A stretch of DNA of 64,000 bases from Leucoraja ocellata (lineage: Eukaryota), in assembly GCA_036785375.1 (NCBI GenBank), contig JAWMAR010000003.1, positions 6,758,001 through 6,822,000 on the forward strand. Reading direction: 5' to 3'. The notes beneath the pieces are model-generated. The model saw only the letters and a program-made list of their open reading frames with translations, was not told the DNA's origin and made no database searches. This document shows, piece after piece, positions 25,701 to 39,430 of the stretch. Both the position numbers and the translations under genes were made by a program. Position 1 is the first letter of the stretch, and each line of letters starts with the position of its first letter.

Positions 25701-26715
25701 AGGTACACAAAATGCTGGAGAAACTCAGCGGGTGCAGCAGCATCTATGGAGCGAAGGAAATAGGCGACATTTCGGGCCGAAACCCTTCTTCAGACTGATG
25801 GGGGGTGGGGGGGAGAAGGAAGGAAAAAGGGAGGAGGAGGAGACCGAGGGCGGGGGGATGGGAGGAGACAGCTCGAGGCTTAAGGAAGGGGAGGAGACAG
25901 CAAGGGCTAGCAAAATTGGGAGAATTCACCGTTCATGCCATCAGGACGCAAGCAACCCAGGCGGAATATGAGGTGCTGTTCCTCCAATTTTCGGTGTTGC
26001 TCACTCTGGCAATGGAGGAGACCCAGGACAGAGAGGTCGGATTGAGAATGGGAGGGGGAGTTGAAGTGCTGAGCCACCGGGAGTTCAGGAAGGTTATTGC
26101 GGACTGAGCGGAGGTGTTCGGCGAAACGATCGCCCAACCTTCGCTTAGTCTCCCCTATGTAAATCAGCTGACATCTAGAGCAGCGGATGCAGTAGATGAG
26201 GTTGGAGGAGATACAGGTGAACCTTTGTCGCACCTGGAATGACTGCTTGGGACCTTGAATGGAGTCGAGGGGGGAGGTGAAGGGACAGGTGTTGCATTTC
26301 TTGCAGTTGCAACGGAAAGTGCCCGGGGAGGGGGTGGTGCGGGAGGGAAGGGAAGAATTGACAAGGGAGTTGCGGAGGGAACGGTCTTTGCGGAAGGCAG
26401 ACATGGGGGGAGATGGGAAGATGTGGCGAGTGGTGGGGTCACGTTGGAGGTGGCGGAAATGGCGGAGGATTATGTGTTGTATTTGCCGGCTGGTGGGGTG
26501 AAAGGTGAGGACCAGGGGGACTCTGCCCTTGTTGCGAGTGTGGGGATGCGGAGAGAGAGCAGTGTTGCAGGGTATGGATGAGACCCTGGTGCGAGCCTCA
26601 TCTATGGTGGCGGAGGGGAATCCCCGTTCCCTGAAGAACGAGGACATTTCCGATGCCCTGGTGTGGAATGTCTCATCCTGGGAACAGATGCAGCGTAGGC
26701 GGAGGAATTGGGAGT
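25700..26715 (-). mobile_element. Penelope-like element 3' part with an intact GIY-YIG frame
   Basis: 246-aa ORF 25907-26647 with NLIYCIRCSRCQLIYIGETKRRLGDRFAEH and a CxxxxCxxC linker, followed by a pLTR carrying a hammerhead motif. Confidence 0.92.
25766..25793 (-). ncRNA. Minimal hammerhead motif in Penelope pseudo-LTR
   Basis: CTGAAGA-A-GGGTTTCGGCCC-GAAA-TGTC, downstream of the GIY-YIG ORF. Confidence 0.6.
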
Positions 26716-28869
26716 GGTGCTAGATATGGTGGCCTGGTGCTCGTCAGTGGGGTCATGGTCCAAGGGTAAGTAGGACTGCCCAACAAAAAATGTTTTTCAC
26801 TGTACCTGGGTACACATGGCTATAAACTAAACTTAGATCCTTTACAACATTTGTCACAGCCTTGCTCATGTAATTCAGCTTTTGAACTATAGCCTTCATC
26901 ACTGTTCTATGACTACTGTCATAGTTGTTCATCTCTTCATCTCTCCCGTGTTCTTTTTTTAATAATCAATGTCTATTCATATAATCAATGTCTATTCATA
27001 TTATTAATTAATACCCTGGATTCCAATAACCAGCAAAATATTTACAAGTTGGGTCAAAGGGTCTGTTTCCATGTTCAATGATTCTATAACTGTTCTCTGT
27101 ATGATACCCATACTTACCTTAAAGTCATCTAACTTCTGGCTGTAGTGCTTGATGAGACCAACTCAATATGCTTCTCAGAATGACTCCCAAGTGTTTCCCT
27201 ATCCATTGATTCTAGAGCATTTCAGAATATTTAAAGTACAATAAATAGCATAAGAGCAGACTGACAATAGAATTATTTTTGGATGTCACATTTTCACATT
27301 TAAGTCAGCAACACTGTTAAAATGCACGAGTTCAGGGACTGCAGTGCACAGAACCAGCTGCAGAGGGGGAAAGTCCAGTTTAAACCTCAAAGATAAATTG
27401 GCTCAGAGAGATAATGGTCTTAACGGCAGCATGGGAAAATATTTAATTTTCCTCAGTACTAAACCAAACAAAGAATATATTTTTCATAATGTCCGAAAGT
27501 TGTTGCAGTTTGATTGAGGAAAATGAAAAAAAAAATAATGGCTGTTTTTATGTCCAATTTTGTGCTTTAACCAATTGAGATGTAAATCATCGATCGTTCT
27601 TGCAGGATCACAACTGCTAATCCACCTGGTGATGCAGTTATGCTTTCACCGCTTTTCTTATTAAATCACTACAACTGTGACTGAGGGTTTGGGGGCTCCG
27701 TTTCTTGTTTCTCCTAAGCACCAGCATCCTGTAAACACATTTCATTTTTACCCAAATCAATTATTATCTCTATTTTCCTCTTTTATTTTTAACACTTCTC
27801 GATTTCTATTGAGGAATTTGATTGAAGATTATTAACTCTGCTTAAGGGTTGTTAATAAAATCACATTTTTAACATCAGCACAACTCATTTGCCTTCACAG
27901 AATTATGAAATTGTAATGTGTGTACTTCCAAACTTTACATTATTGTTGAACACCTGTTTGTCAAATTCAAAAATGTTTTTAAAATTTCCACCACAGTGAG
28001 ACGCTAACTGGCGTGTAAAATATCAAAACTATTTGTAACACCCTGATATTAAACTTAAAGACCAACAGTCTGTGGCATGGATAATAGGTAGAGAATAGTG
28101 TCTAAGGCATACAGAATGAGGAAATTGAGAGATGAGGAATAAGGGTACATTTACATAACATAGAAATAAGCCTTTTAGCACATCAACTCCATGCTGAACA
28201 TCAAGCACCCATTTACAATAATTACATTTTATTCCGCCCACATTCCCCTCAACTCCCCCAGATTCTACTACTCACCCATGTGTCAATTCAATCTACTACT
28301 CCTCACCCAGGGGCAATTCAATATGAAAATGAAAGTGAATGGAATGCGGGAGGAAACCAGAGCATATCCAGAAGAAACAACTTGGATACAGGAAGAATTT
28401 GCAAACTGCACACTGACAGCGCTTGAAGCCTATAAGTACGCAAATTAAACCTGGGTCGCTGGAGCTGTGAAGCAAAAGTTCTACAAGCTGTGCCACTGCA
28501 TCTCGGCTCCCAGATAATAAATAGAAAAGATTTTCATGGATTTTTTCTCTCCAAGGGAGAGAGAAGTGATTAGATATAATTATTTACAAACTAAGGGTAG
28601 AGGCACAAAATGTTGGACGTATATAAGTAGTCAGTGCTGAACAAGATGTGGGGTTTAACATTTCATACATTCTGGTTCTGATTGTGGGCGAATTCAGTGG
28701 CCGTGGAGCAGAGCTGACAGCTAGCCCCTATAAAGATCCAGTTTTCCCAGTATTCTTTTGAAGGTAATAATAACATCCTTCATGGATACCGAGAGAACTA
28801 TGAGACACCTCCACTCTTGTTATGTTCACTTGATACTTCACGAGGTCTCTCCGAACTCCTAGACCCGGA

Positions 28870-29720
28870 TGTCTGCTCTAACTCCATTTACAAATTTGCA
28901 GACAACACCACCTTAGTGTGTCGAATCTCAAACAATGATGAGACGGAGGGCAGGAAAGAGATAGAAGGTTGAATAACATGGTATGAAGACAACAACCTCT
29001 CCCTCAATGTCAGCAAGACAAAGGAGCTAGTCACCGACTTGAGGAATCAGGGTGGCGTATATGCCAAACTTACCATCTATGGTGCTGAAGTGGAGATAGT
29101 CGAGAGCTTCAAATTCCTTGGCGTAAATATCACCAATAATTTGTCCCAGTCCAATCACATTGAGTCTACAACCAAGAAAGCACACCAACTCCTCTACTTC
29201 CTCAGAAGACTAAGGACATTTGGAAAGTCTCCAACAACTCTTACCAACTTCTAAACTGCACTGAGACCATTCTATCAGGATGCATCACAACTTCATTTGG
29301 CAACTGCTCTGCCCAAGACCGCACAAAGTTGCAGAGAGTTGTGGATGCAACCCCGTCCATCACAGTTCATGCTGCCTCAGTCAAGTAGTCAACATAATCA
29401 AGGACTACTTACATCCCAATCATTCCCACTTTTCCTCTCTCCCATCTGACTAAAGACACAAACATTTGAAAGTACATGCAACCAAATTCAGAAAGAGCTT
29501 CTCACTATTATCAGACTACTGAACAGACCTCTCATCAGCTTAGGGTATATCCCCATCTCCCAACTTATCTCATTGCGGCACTTACACTGAAACGGTGTAG
29601 CAATAAATTGTGAAGTCTAGTTATTTATTTTCTTTGAACTACCTGTTGTGTACGATTGTACTCACGTATAGAATGATTTGATTGGGTGGCATGTAAAATA
29701 ACATTTTTCACTGTATCTCA
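28870..29720 (+). mobile_element. Degenerate Rex1-like LINE fragment
   Basis: KFADNTT, VESFKFLGVNITNNLS, KKAHQLLYFLRRLR. Confidence 0.8.
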
Positions 29721-31877
29721 GTATAGGTGACAATAATAAACAAACATACCAATTGGTCACTCATTTTTTGATCAAAGAATTTCATGTGAAACGGGTACGA
29801 GTGAACAAAACACCGAGACAAGTTGGTACAATCTATTTTTGCCAATGTTTTGTGACATGGGAGATCAGGTTTCTGGTTCCAGTCCTGGATTCTTGATCGT
29901 GTACGTGATATTAGACAAGCTACCAAACACAAACCAAGTTTTAAGTTATTAGAGATACAGCATGGACACAGGCCTTTTTGCCCATCGAGTCCACACTGAC
30001 CAGCGATCACCCATACATCAATTCTATCCGACACACTAGGGACAATTTTTACAGAAGCTAATTAGCCGACAAACTTGTACGTCTTTGGAATGTGGGGGGA
30101 TATCGGAGTATCCCGAAGAACTCACGCAGTCACAGGGAGAATGTGGAAACTCCGTACAGACAGCACTCATTGTTAGGATCGAACCATGGTCCCTAGCGCT
30201 GTAAGGCAGCAACTCTACCACTGTGCTGCCCTTTAATATAGGCGAACGGGCAAAAACAAAACCAAGTGGGCATCACCACATCCCTCGTGATCAGATATAT
30301 AATTATACCAGCAATAATATATGGAAAATGTTATATGCAGATCAGGACGGCTTTTGGACACAATTCTCCTATTGCTTTTTGTTGTTTATGTTTTTTCTGA
30401 GAACGTTACAGTCATGTGTTGCTCTATGTACATTATATCATACTTATTTTTAATTGTTGCATGTGATATAAACAACACCAACAAGCAATGCCCAATTCTA
30501 TTTGACCTTGATTAAGTTTCTAGCACGAAAATGAGATGGAATGAGATGGAAATTCAGGTTTAGGCCGTTGCTATGCCGATTGACAATCAACAAAATCAAA
30601 CAGGTTGAATTTTTGCAATGGTGAATTATCATAGCTCATTCTTCAGAGAAATTAAAAGTATTAATGGGTATATAATGTATAAACAAACACATGAGCTCTG
30701 TTACAAGATTCAGAGAACTACACTGCTCAAATGCTACAAGATGACCAGGCTGTTAAAGCAACAATCTCAATCTTCTGTTGGCTACAACCTCAGTGTGGAT
30801 TGATATTTCATATAAATGAAAGGCACACCAAGCTTATTTATAAACTATCCTATCAAACTGAATCCATTCTGAAAAAAATAGATACCATTAACTCCATTAC
30901 TCATTTTAACACAACATGATTGCAATATCAGTGCAGAAGGCTTCAGTGTTGTGATGGGCAATGTAATGGATTTTATGTAAAGCAACATTTTTAGCCAACA
31001 TTTAAAAATACAGGCTGTTTCTCAAACAAGCAATATTCTTCAGTGTCTACTGATTACATGTGCAAGCTGTGGTTATCTTCTCTTTTAAACAGTGAAAAAT
31101 GAGAGGGTATATATATAGAGAGAGTATGTGGGTGTACCACAAAATCAGAGAAGATATCAAGCCCAGCTTATGTCTTGCGCACTATCAACTGAAAAATAAC
31201 AATATATTTTTCTGCACTGTATTTCTTCCAGTTCATGATTACACTAAGAAATTCCAGGCATATTGAAGTCATGAAAGAAGTGGCTGAAATAATCTGTATG
31301 ATCTGCAAATATCCATTTTATTCAAAATATGCCTGGTTTTGTTGGATGAAAGTGATGCATTTATGTGAGATTTCCTTGACTTTTAAATATGTTGCCTCAC
31401 ATGCCTTTTTGCAAAATTGCTTCTGTGATGTCATTCCTCTGTGAGGTCTGCAGTTGCATGAAAACTATATAAGCACCAAAGAGAACGACATTTTCTATCC
31501 ACAGTGTGACCTCTCATGCATCTATTTGGGCCAGGTTCACGTTATGAGCTAGATGCAGGAAAAATGTTCCCAATGTTGGGCGAGTCCAGAACCAGAGCCC
31601 ACAGTCTTAGAATAAAGGGGAGGTCATTTAAGACCGAGGTGAGAAAAAACTTTTTCACCCAGAGAGTTGCGAATTTATGGAATTCCCTGCCACAGAGGGC
31701 AGTGGAGGCCAAAGCCTCCTACTATTTGCCGTATTGACAGACTAGATAGAGTCATAGAGTGATACACTATCAGCTGCACCACAGTGCCGCCCCTGAATTT
31801 TGAGTAAATTGTTTAGAAAGAAAAAGACTTACATTTGGGTAGGACGTTTCATGTCCATTTTAGAATGTACCGTGGGA

Positions 31878-32735
31878 TTATAAAACTCTGATCTTGGATG
31901 TTTTACTTGTGGGGATGCTTGCTTGCACTTTTTCTTTGATTCACATCTCCTCGAAAACCCGATGCGGTAACGGAGAAATTTTTATATATTCCGGTAGAGA
32001 TTTACCTCATGATTTCAAAAATCCCCTCATCTGAAAATTTGATTTATTATTTCCCGAGTTTTTTTACTGAAATTGTTCACCAATCTGACATCTTTTTAAA
32101 TCCTAACGTGCTGAAGTGAGCTGGATGGCGTCACGATGCCTTTGCTCCTCGCGGCAAGCTGCACAGAATTTTCAACGCGCTACCTGCTGGGCACTGTTTT
32201 CCAAGAGTGACGTCACCACCACCCCATCTCCCTCCTCCGGTTCTACAAAAGACGCAGAAAGAACGAGCAAGTGGGCTCTGTTCTGCAGATCCCGACGGCT
32301 TCCGAAGGTGCTTCCGAGACTTTCCAGCCGCTGAACACGAAGTACACTCATGCCTCAGCTCGGGTTTTCCGAGAGAACCCAAGATAACCCGAGGAGCACC
32401 CGAGTGATGCTGTCCCAACGAGCGACGCGCAGTATGCTCACGCCTCAACTCGGGTTTCCAGAGAGAAGCCGAGAGCTTTGTACCAGAGTTGGGCCCTGTT
32501 CTAGAGCTCTCTCTCTCCCCGACCTCTCTCTGCTTTTCGCAGCCCGCTTGCTCGCCCGGCTCCCCTCCTCCTCTTCTCCCCCCCTCGACCTCCTCCCCTC
32601 TCCTCCCTCTTTCCCCCCCTCCTCTCTACCCCCCATCCTCTCTATCTCCCTCCCTCCCCTCTACTCTCTCTCCCCCCCACCATCCCCCCTCCCATCCCCT
32701 CTCCCCCTCCTCTCTCTCACTCCCCCTCCTCTCTT
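31878..32735 (+). mobile_element. Putative non-autonomous Helitron-like element, truncated
   Basis: Start tataaaactctgatcttg matches the head of the element at 36938(-); CpG-rich core with short internal repeats and a C/T-rich tract. Confidence 0.45.
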
Positions 32736-33689
32736 GGGTGATGCACCTGTTTAGAAATGGCAGACCTTAACAGCATGTTGCATGATACGATCTTTGTGAT
32801 ATCGGCAGAAGCGTACAGTGAATCTTCCCATCATTAAAGGATGTAGATAAAGATTAGCTTCTCTGAACATTATGAGTCAATCTGTTTCATATTGTTTTGA
32901 ATATATTATGTAAAAAGTAGACCAATAGTACAAACAGATCTAATTGATCTTATCATACAATAAAATGGTTGAGCTGATATTTCAAAGGAATTACAGGGGA
33001 TTTTCAAAACTTGATCTTTGACCAATGGCATTCCTACTTTAAGCACAGACTAATTTGGATTTAGTTTAATTTAGTTCAGAGATACAGCGTGGACACAGGA
33101 CCTTTGGCCCACCGAGTCTGCTGCGACCAGCGATTTTCACACGTTAACACTATCCTACACACACTAGGGACAATTTCACATTTTACAACAAGCCAATCAA
33201 CCTACAAATCTGTACATTAGGAATGAGAGAAGAGAAAAAATTGACAGAAGCTGAATAAATTTGACTTAAGGGTGGTGTCAGTTTATCTGCTCTTTAAGGT
33301 GATGAGCTGAATGTTGAATATACCCATTTCATGTTTACTGTGATAGTTACAAAACGTATGCAACATGATCTAACAATTAATTTAATAAAATGGTTAGGTT
33401 TGATCTTTGGATGAAGATCGAGATAATAGGAGTCTGCTTCCAAACAAAGATCGTACTGATTGTGGATGATCAGCCATGATCACATTGAATGGCAGTGCTG
33501 GCTCGAAGGGTCGGATGGCCTACTCCTGCACCTATTGTCTAATGTCTAAAGGGGCAGGTGCGCAGCAGGTAGAGTTGCCACTTCACAGCACCAGATACCA
33601 AGGTTTGACCCTGACTACAGATGTTGTCAGTATGGAATTCGTACATTCTCCCTGTGACAGTGTGGGATTTCTCCAAGTGCAAAGAGTAT

Positions 33690-34742
33690 GAATTAACAGG
33701 TCTTTTTCAGAATGGCAGGCAGTGACTAGTGGGGTGCTGCAAGGTTCGGTGCTGGGACCCCAGTTATTTACAATATATATTAACGATTTAGACAAGGGAA
33801 TTAAATGTGACATCTCCAAATTTGCAGATGACACAAAGCTGGGTGGCAGTGCGAGCTGCGATGAGGATGCTATGAGGTTGCAGGGTGACTTCGATAGGTT
33901 GGGTGAGTGGGCAGGTGCGTGGCAGATGCAATATAATGTGGATAAATGTGAGGTTATCCACTTTGGTGGCAAGAACAGGAAGGCAGATTATTATCTGAAT
34001 GGTGTCAGATTAGGAAAAGTGGAGGTGCAACAAGACCTGGGTGTGCTTCTACATCAGTCAATGAAAGTAAGCATGCAGGTACAGCAGGCAGTGAAGAAAG
34101 CTAATGTCATGTTGGCCTTCACTGCGAGAGGATTTGAGTTTAGGAGCAAGGAGGTCCTACTGCAGTTGTACATGGCTCCTGGTGAGACCGAACCTGGAGT
34201 AACGTGTACAATCATGGTCTCCTAATTTGAGGAAGGACATTATTGCGATTGAGGGAGTTCAGCATAGGTGCACCAGGTTAATTCCCGAGGTGGCAGGAAT
34301 GACATATGATGAAAGAATGGGTCGACTGAGCTTGTATTCACTGGAATTTAGAAGGATGAGAGGATATCTTATAGAAACATATAAAATTCTTAAAGGCTAG
34401 GACAGGCTGGATGCTGGAAAAATGTTCCCGGTTGGGGGAGTCCAGAACTAGGGGTCATAGTTTAAGAATAAGGGGTAGGTCATTTTGGACAGATTAGAAT
34501 TGTTTTTATCACCCAGAGAGTTGTGAATCTGTGGAATTCTCTGCTACAGTAGGCAGTGGAGGGCAATTCACTGGATGTTTTCAAGGGAGAGCTAGATTTA
34601 GCTCTTGGGGCTAAAGGAAACATGGGATATGGGGAAAAAGCAGGAATGGGGTACTGATTTTCGATGATCAGCCATGATCATATTGATGGCTCGAAGGCGC
34701 CGAATGGCCTACTCCTGCACCTATTTTTCCATGTTTCTATGA
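33690..34742 (+). mobile_element. CR1 LINE 3' part
   Basis: VTSGVLQGSVLGPQLFTIYINDL..KFADDTKLGG; CR1 3'UTR and ctatgttt tail. Confidence 0.92.
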
Positions 34743-34778
34743 GTTAACTCACAAATATATTGAAATGTGGTTGCTTAC

Positions 34779-34874
34779 CTCAATGGTTTTACAGATTTCT
34801 TCCAGCTGAGTAATAATTGCCTGGATTCTGTCATTGCCTGCCACCAGCATTGCTATTCCATCACTAAGCTCAGT
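34779..34874 (-). CDS. TRIM54: TRIM54 coding exon 4 (coiled coil)
   Basis: Acceptor cacag|[35 protein letters not shown]; 96 nt; donor GAG|GTAAGC. Confidence 0.93.
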
Positions 34875-34936
34875 CTGTGAAAAATAGGGACATGTATCAG
34901 ACCACGACAGACCTATTCCAGGTAGCCAAAATAGCA

Positions 34937-35002
34937 TACTTGGTCCACACCTTAAACATTTACTCTGGTAACATTAACAACTCCTTTCAGTTGGTTTATT
35001 AA
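34937..35002 (+). repeat. 66-bp direct repeat, partner at 35695-35760
   Basis: The two copies differ at 5 positions by eye. Confidence 0.88.
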
Positions 35003-35086
35003 CATTTTATTTGAGACAGAGCCGCATTTCACTACACAAATAATTTTCCAGGATTTTCCGTAAAGGACAATATATAATCAATGTAC

Positions 35087-35258
35087 CTTTTGACGCTTGT
35101 ACACATTTTGCAGAGGTGCCACTTCACAATCTTTGTGAGCTCCAAAGACTTTGCACATTGAGCAGGTTGGTACCTCACAAGTTAGACAGTAAATATTAAT
35201 ATTTTCATCTTCATGCTCTTCACACTTTAACTGCTGGTCAGGCTTGGTGTGCAGAGGT
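35087..35258 (-). CDS. TRIM54: TRIM54 coding exon 3 (B-box 2)
   Basis: Acceptor ttcag|[58 protein letters not shown]; 172 nt; donor AAG|GTACAT; in phase with exon 2. Confidence 0.93.
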
Positions 35259-35760
35259 CTGAAGGAAATTATTAATACAATATATTAAAATTAAAGTAAA
35301 ATAAAGTATCACATCAGAGAACACTAAAAAAAACACGATATTTTATGAATAACCTGTTGATTTTTCCAGATGATTACCATCTTTACGTCTAGAGGATGCT
35401 GCCTCACCCCATAAAGTAAATACTCTCTCATCGCTACGCGTGCCTTCTCACCTCCACGAACCCATACCCATCCACCTCCGTCTCCCAGTAAATACACCAC
35501 TTATTTCCTCAAAGCTCATATCCTTTCCTACTCTCCCCTCACTCAAACCTCCACTCATACTCGATCACTCCAAGCCCTATTCACCTAACGATGCCAGATT
35601 TCTAGCTCTGATCTTCTAGGGATGGAAAGTGATAACTTGGCTTCTTCCCTGCTGCTCCTCTACCAAAACAAAAAAAGGTTTTGTCAAGGTGGAGTACTTG
35701 GTCCATGCCTTAAACATTTGCTCTGGTAATATTAACAACTCCTTTCAGTTAGTTTATTAA

Positions 35761-36938
35761 AATTAATAACCCTCATCCCCAGCATTCTCTCCCCCTCATT
35801 TTCACCCTCCCACTTCTTTCCCCTCCCCAATCCCTCCCTCACTTCTCTCTCCCTGTCCTTTTCCCTACCCTCAGTCACTCCCTCCCTCCATAACACCTCT
35901 CCCCTCCCTTCCCCCTCCTATCCCTCACTCCTCACCTCCCCCTAATCCCCCCACTATCCCTCCTCACGTCCCCCACTGCCCACCTCTCCCTCTATTCCCC
36001 ACTCCCTACCTCCCCCACTCCCCCCTCCTCTCCTTCTATTCCCACTCGTCCCCCACTCTCCATCCTCACTTCCTCCCTCTTCTTTTCCCTCTCCTCCTAC
36101 CCTCCCCCAATTCCTTCCTCACCTCTCATTTCCCCTACCATCAGTCATTCCCTCCCTCCCTCCATAACATCTCCCCTCCTGACACCCCTCCTCTCCCTCT
36201 ATCCCCTCTCTCTCCTCCCCACTCTCCATCCCCAGGATCTCGAGGTTGCCGCTCCTCTCCCTTCTTGTATGCCCCGGAGGAGCATCAGCCATCGGCGTAG
36301 ATCCTCGGCTCGGCCCGGAAGCACTAGCAGCTACGGCTGAGCCGGTATGTGGGCGGGGGAGGGCACGGAGGAAAAACAGGGGAAGAGCCATGGGGGGGGG
36401 GGTGTGGAGGGGGGATGGGGAGGGGCAGGAGCCAGCAAGGGGGACCAGAGCAGAAGGGGCTGGAGCTGCGTGGCGTTGTGATGGCGGTGCGTTTGGGACT
36501 CACAGCGGGCGCTGGACACTCTCCTCCGTCGGGATCAGATACTCCATTTTCCGTTTGGCAACATCTGCCGCTTCCGGTCCCTCTGAAAATTGTGTCCTGT
36601 TGGGGACCTCCGCTGGCCATCCTCAGCTCCAGTAAATACGCAATGGCGCAGGAAGGGGTGGACCGTCCCGCGGAGTGACAGGAGAAGAGACCAATCCACG
36701 TGGCGCTGATTGGCAGGAGACGAGATCGATCTGTGCAAGCGCGGTTTTTAAGATTTTTAAACGTTGCTAACTTTTACAATAGACCACCGATTGGAGCGAA
36801 ACTTGGTGCACTCGCAGCTCAGGAGAACGGCGAGTGAGCTGGTGAAAAATCGTAGCGCTGTCGCGTAGCATTTTTGAGCAAATAGAAAAATCGCGAAAAA
36901 CGGAAGAGCACAAGAGCAGAGTTTTAGTTATGTATAGA
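35761..36938 (-). mobile_element. Putative non-autonomous Helitron-like element
   Basis: Minus-strand start A|TCTATACATAACTAAAACTC (TC start after A); CpG-rich body with a G-rich low-complexity tract. A 3' CTRR-T end was not found. Confidence 0.45.
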
Positions 36939-37339
36939 TGTTAAGAATTAACTTCTGGGAATTTAAATACCACACATCTGGACATTTGTTCAAAGTTTTG
37001 GTATTTGGTATTTTTCTCCAATTTTATTTGGCTGCATTTGTCATTGTAATTGAACTGATAAAGATGTTGAAATCGAAGACAGGTGCTGACGTGATGATTA
37101 GAGCTGAGAGATCAAGTAATTAAACTATCACAAAATTTAACAAAATTAGGGAAAATACTGAATGAAGCTGAGGGTTTTGAAACAAATGTTCTTGAACTAC
37201 GTGAAAGGGTGCATTTCTGGCTCTGCTAACAGAGAAGGATTTATAAAATAACAGATCACTGAAAACAAAAAGGTGAGAGTAGTGACAAAACCTGGCACTA
37301 CCTTTTCACACAAAATAACTTTAATATAGAATGTGATTG

Positions 37340-39430
37340 TTTAAATTAGTTCATTATAGTATTGTCACGTACTGAGGTACAGTGAAAAGTTTTTTGTTGC
37401 ATGCATTCCAGTTAGCGAAAACACTATACATGGTTACAACCAAGCCGCCACAGTGGACACATACAGGATAAAGAGTATAATGTTTAGTGCAAGATAAAGT
37501 TTGGAGGTCTCCAATGTGACAGATGAGAGGTCAGGACTGCTCTCTATTGGTGAGAGCATGGTTCAGTTGCCTGCTAATAGTTAGGAAGAAACCATCTCAG
37601 AATCTGTAGGTATATTTAAGAGGGAGTTAGATGTGGCCCTTGTGGCTAAAGTCATCAGGGGGTATGGAGAGAAGGCAGGTACAGGATACTGAGTTGGATG
37701 ATCAGCTATGATCATATTGAATTGCGGTGCAGGCTCGAAGGGCCAAATGGCCTACTCCTGTACCTATTTTCTATGTTTCTATGTTTCTATGCATGCATTT
37801 TCACATTTCTGTACCTCTTGCCTGATGGGTGAGAGGAGAAGAGGGAGTGACCAAGGTGAGACTGGTCCTTGATTGTGCTGGTGGCCTTGCCGAGGATTGT
37901 AGATGGAGTCAACAGAAGGGAGGTTGGTGTGAGTGATGGTTTAGGCAAGGTCAACAACTCTCTGCAATTTCTTGCGGCCTTGGATGGCACTGTTCCAAAA
38001 CCATGCTGTGACAATAGTGGTGCAAAGTCAAAATAATGTCCCCAAATCTATGTAGTTCGGAGCCTATTTGGAGGTTGTAGTGTTCAATAGCCTGATGGTT
38101 GTAGAGAAGAAGCTGCTCCTGAACATTACAATTTTCAGACTCCTATACCTTCTTCCCAATGGCAGAAGTGAATTGAGAGCATGGCCAGGGTGGTGTGGGT
38201 CTCTGATGATGCTGAATGCCTTTCTGAGCCAGTGACTCTTGCCGATCCCTACCAGAGTGGAGAGGTCAGAACCTGGGATGGACTGGACCGTGTTCAGCAT
38301 TTTTGGAATCTTCTTTGTTCCTGGGCATTGAAGTTGCCAAACCAGGCCGTGGTGCAACCAGTCAATACGCTCTCTACTGTATACTTGTTGAAGTTCAAGA
38401 GAGTATTCATTGAAAGACTGAATTTTCTCAAACTTCTGAGGAAGTAGAGGCATTGTTGGGCTTTCTTTATGATTGCATCAATGTGCTGGGTTTAGGACAG
38501 ATCTTCAGAGATATGCACGCCCAACAACTTGAAGCTGGAGTTCTAAATGAAGCTGAATACAGTCTTGAGTATAGAGTAAGTAGGGCCGGAGGCTGAGCAT
38601 ACAGCCTTAAGATGCTCCCGTGTTTATTGAGGAGGAAATGTTGCTGCCAATTCATACAGATTGTGGCCTGTTAATGAGGAAGTCAAGGATCCATTTGCAG
38701 AGGGATGCTCAGAATCCCAGTTCTGTGAGATTGGTAACCAGATTCGATGATGGTGTTAACGCTGAGCTGTAGTCTCTGAACAACAATCTGATATAGAGTG
38801 GAGAGCCTGTGAGATTACATCCTCTGTTGACCTGCCGTGGCAGTAGGCAAATTGTAGCGGGTCCAGATTCTGTTGAGGAAGAAGTTGATATGTGCCATAA
38901 CCAACCTCTCAATCCACTTCATCATCATGGACGTTAGTGCCACTGTCAGTAGTCATTGAGGCAAGTCACCTTACTATCGGTATTAATGATGCCCTTTTAA
39001 AGCAGGTGGAAATGTCATACTTCAGTAATGAGAGGTTGAAGATTTCTGCAAAAACTCCAGCCATTTTGTTTGCACAGGTTTTGAGAACTCGACCAGGTAA
39101 AACATCAGGTCCAGGTGCTTATTGAGGGTTCACCCTCCTGATGGATCTTCTCATGTTGGCCTCTGTGACTGAGATTGTAATTCCTATGTGCCTATGGCGG
39201 CCTGGGAAGGCACATCAGTGTTCTTCCTATCAAAGCTTGGTAGAACGCATTGAGCTCACCTGGGCTTGAGCTGCCTCCTGATTTCACCTTGCAGGAAGTT
39301 ATGGCATGTCAGCCCTGCCATTGCTGCCAAACATCTGCCTCATCCTCCAGTTTGGAGCGAAAGTCATTTTTATCTGAACCTTGTATAGCTCCGCTTTGCC
39401 AGACGAATGCCCGCCTCGCACTTTTCCAGA
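37340..39430 (-). mobile_element. Stack of decayed Rex1-like LINE fragments with a CR1 tail
   Basis: DYSSAL, DPHHPGHAL..LLPLGRRYRSLK, KDQSHLGHSLFS motifs; CR1 3'UTR on plus at 37610-37790. Confidence 0.75.

Noticed and set aside
35389-35392. CTAG as the Helitron 3' terminus
   Set aside because: Not followed by T on the element strand, and no clear subterminal hairpin.
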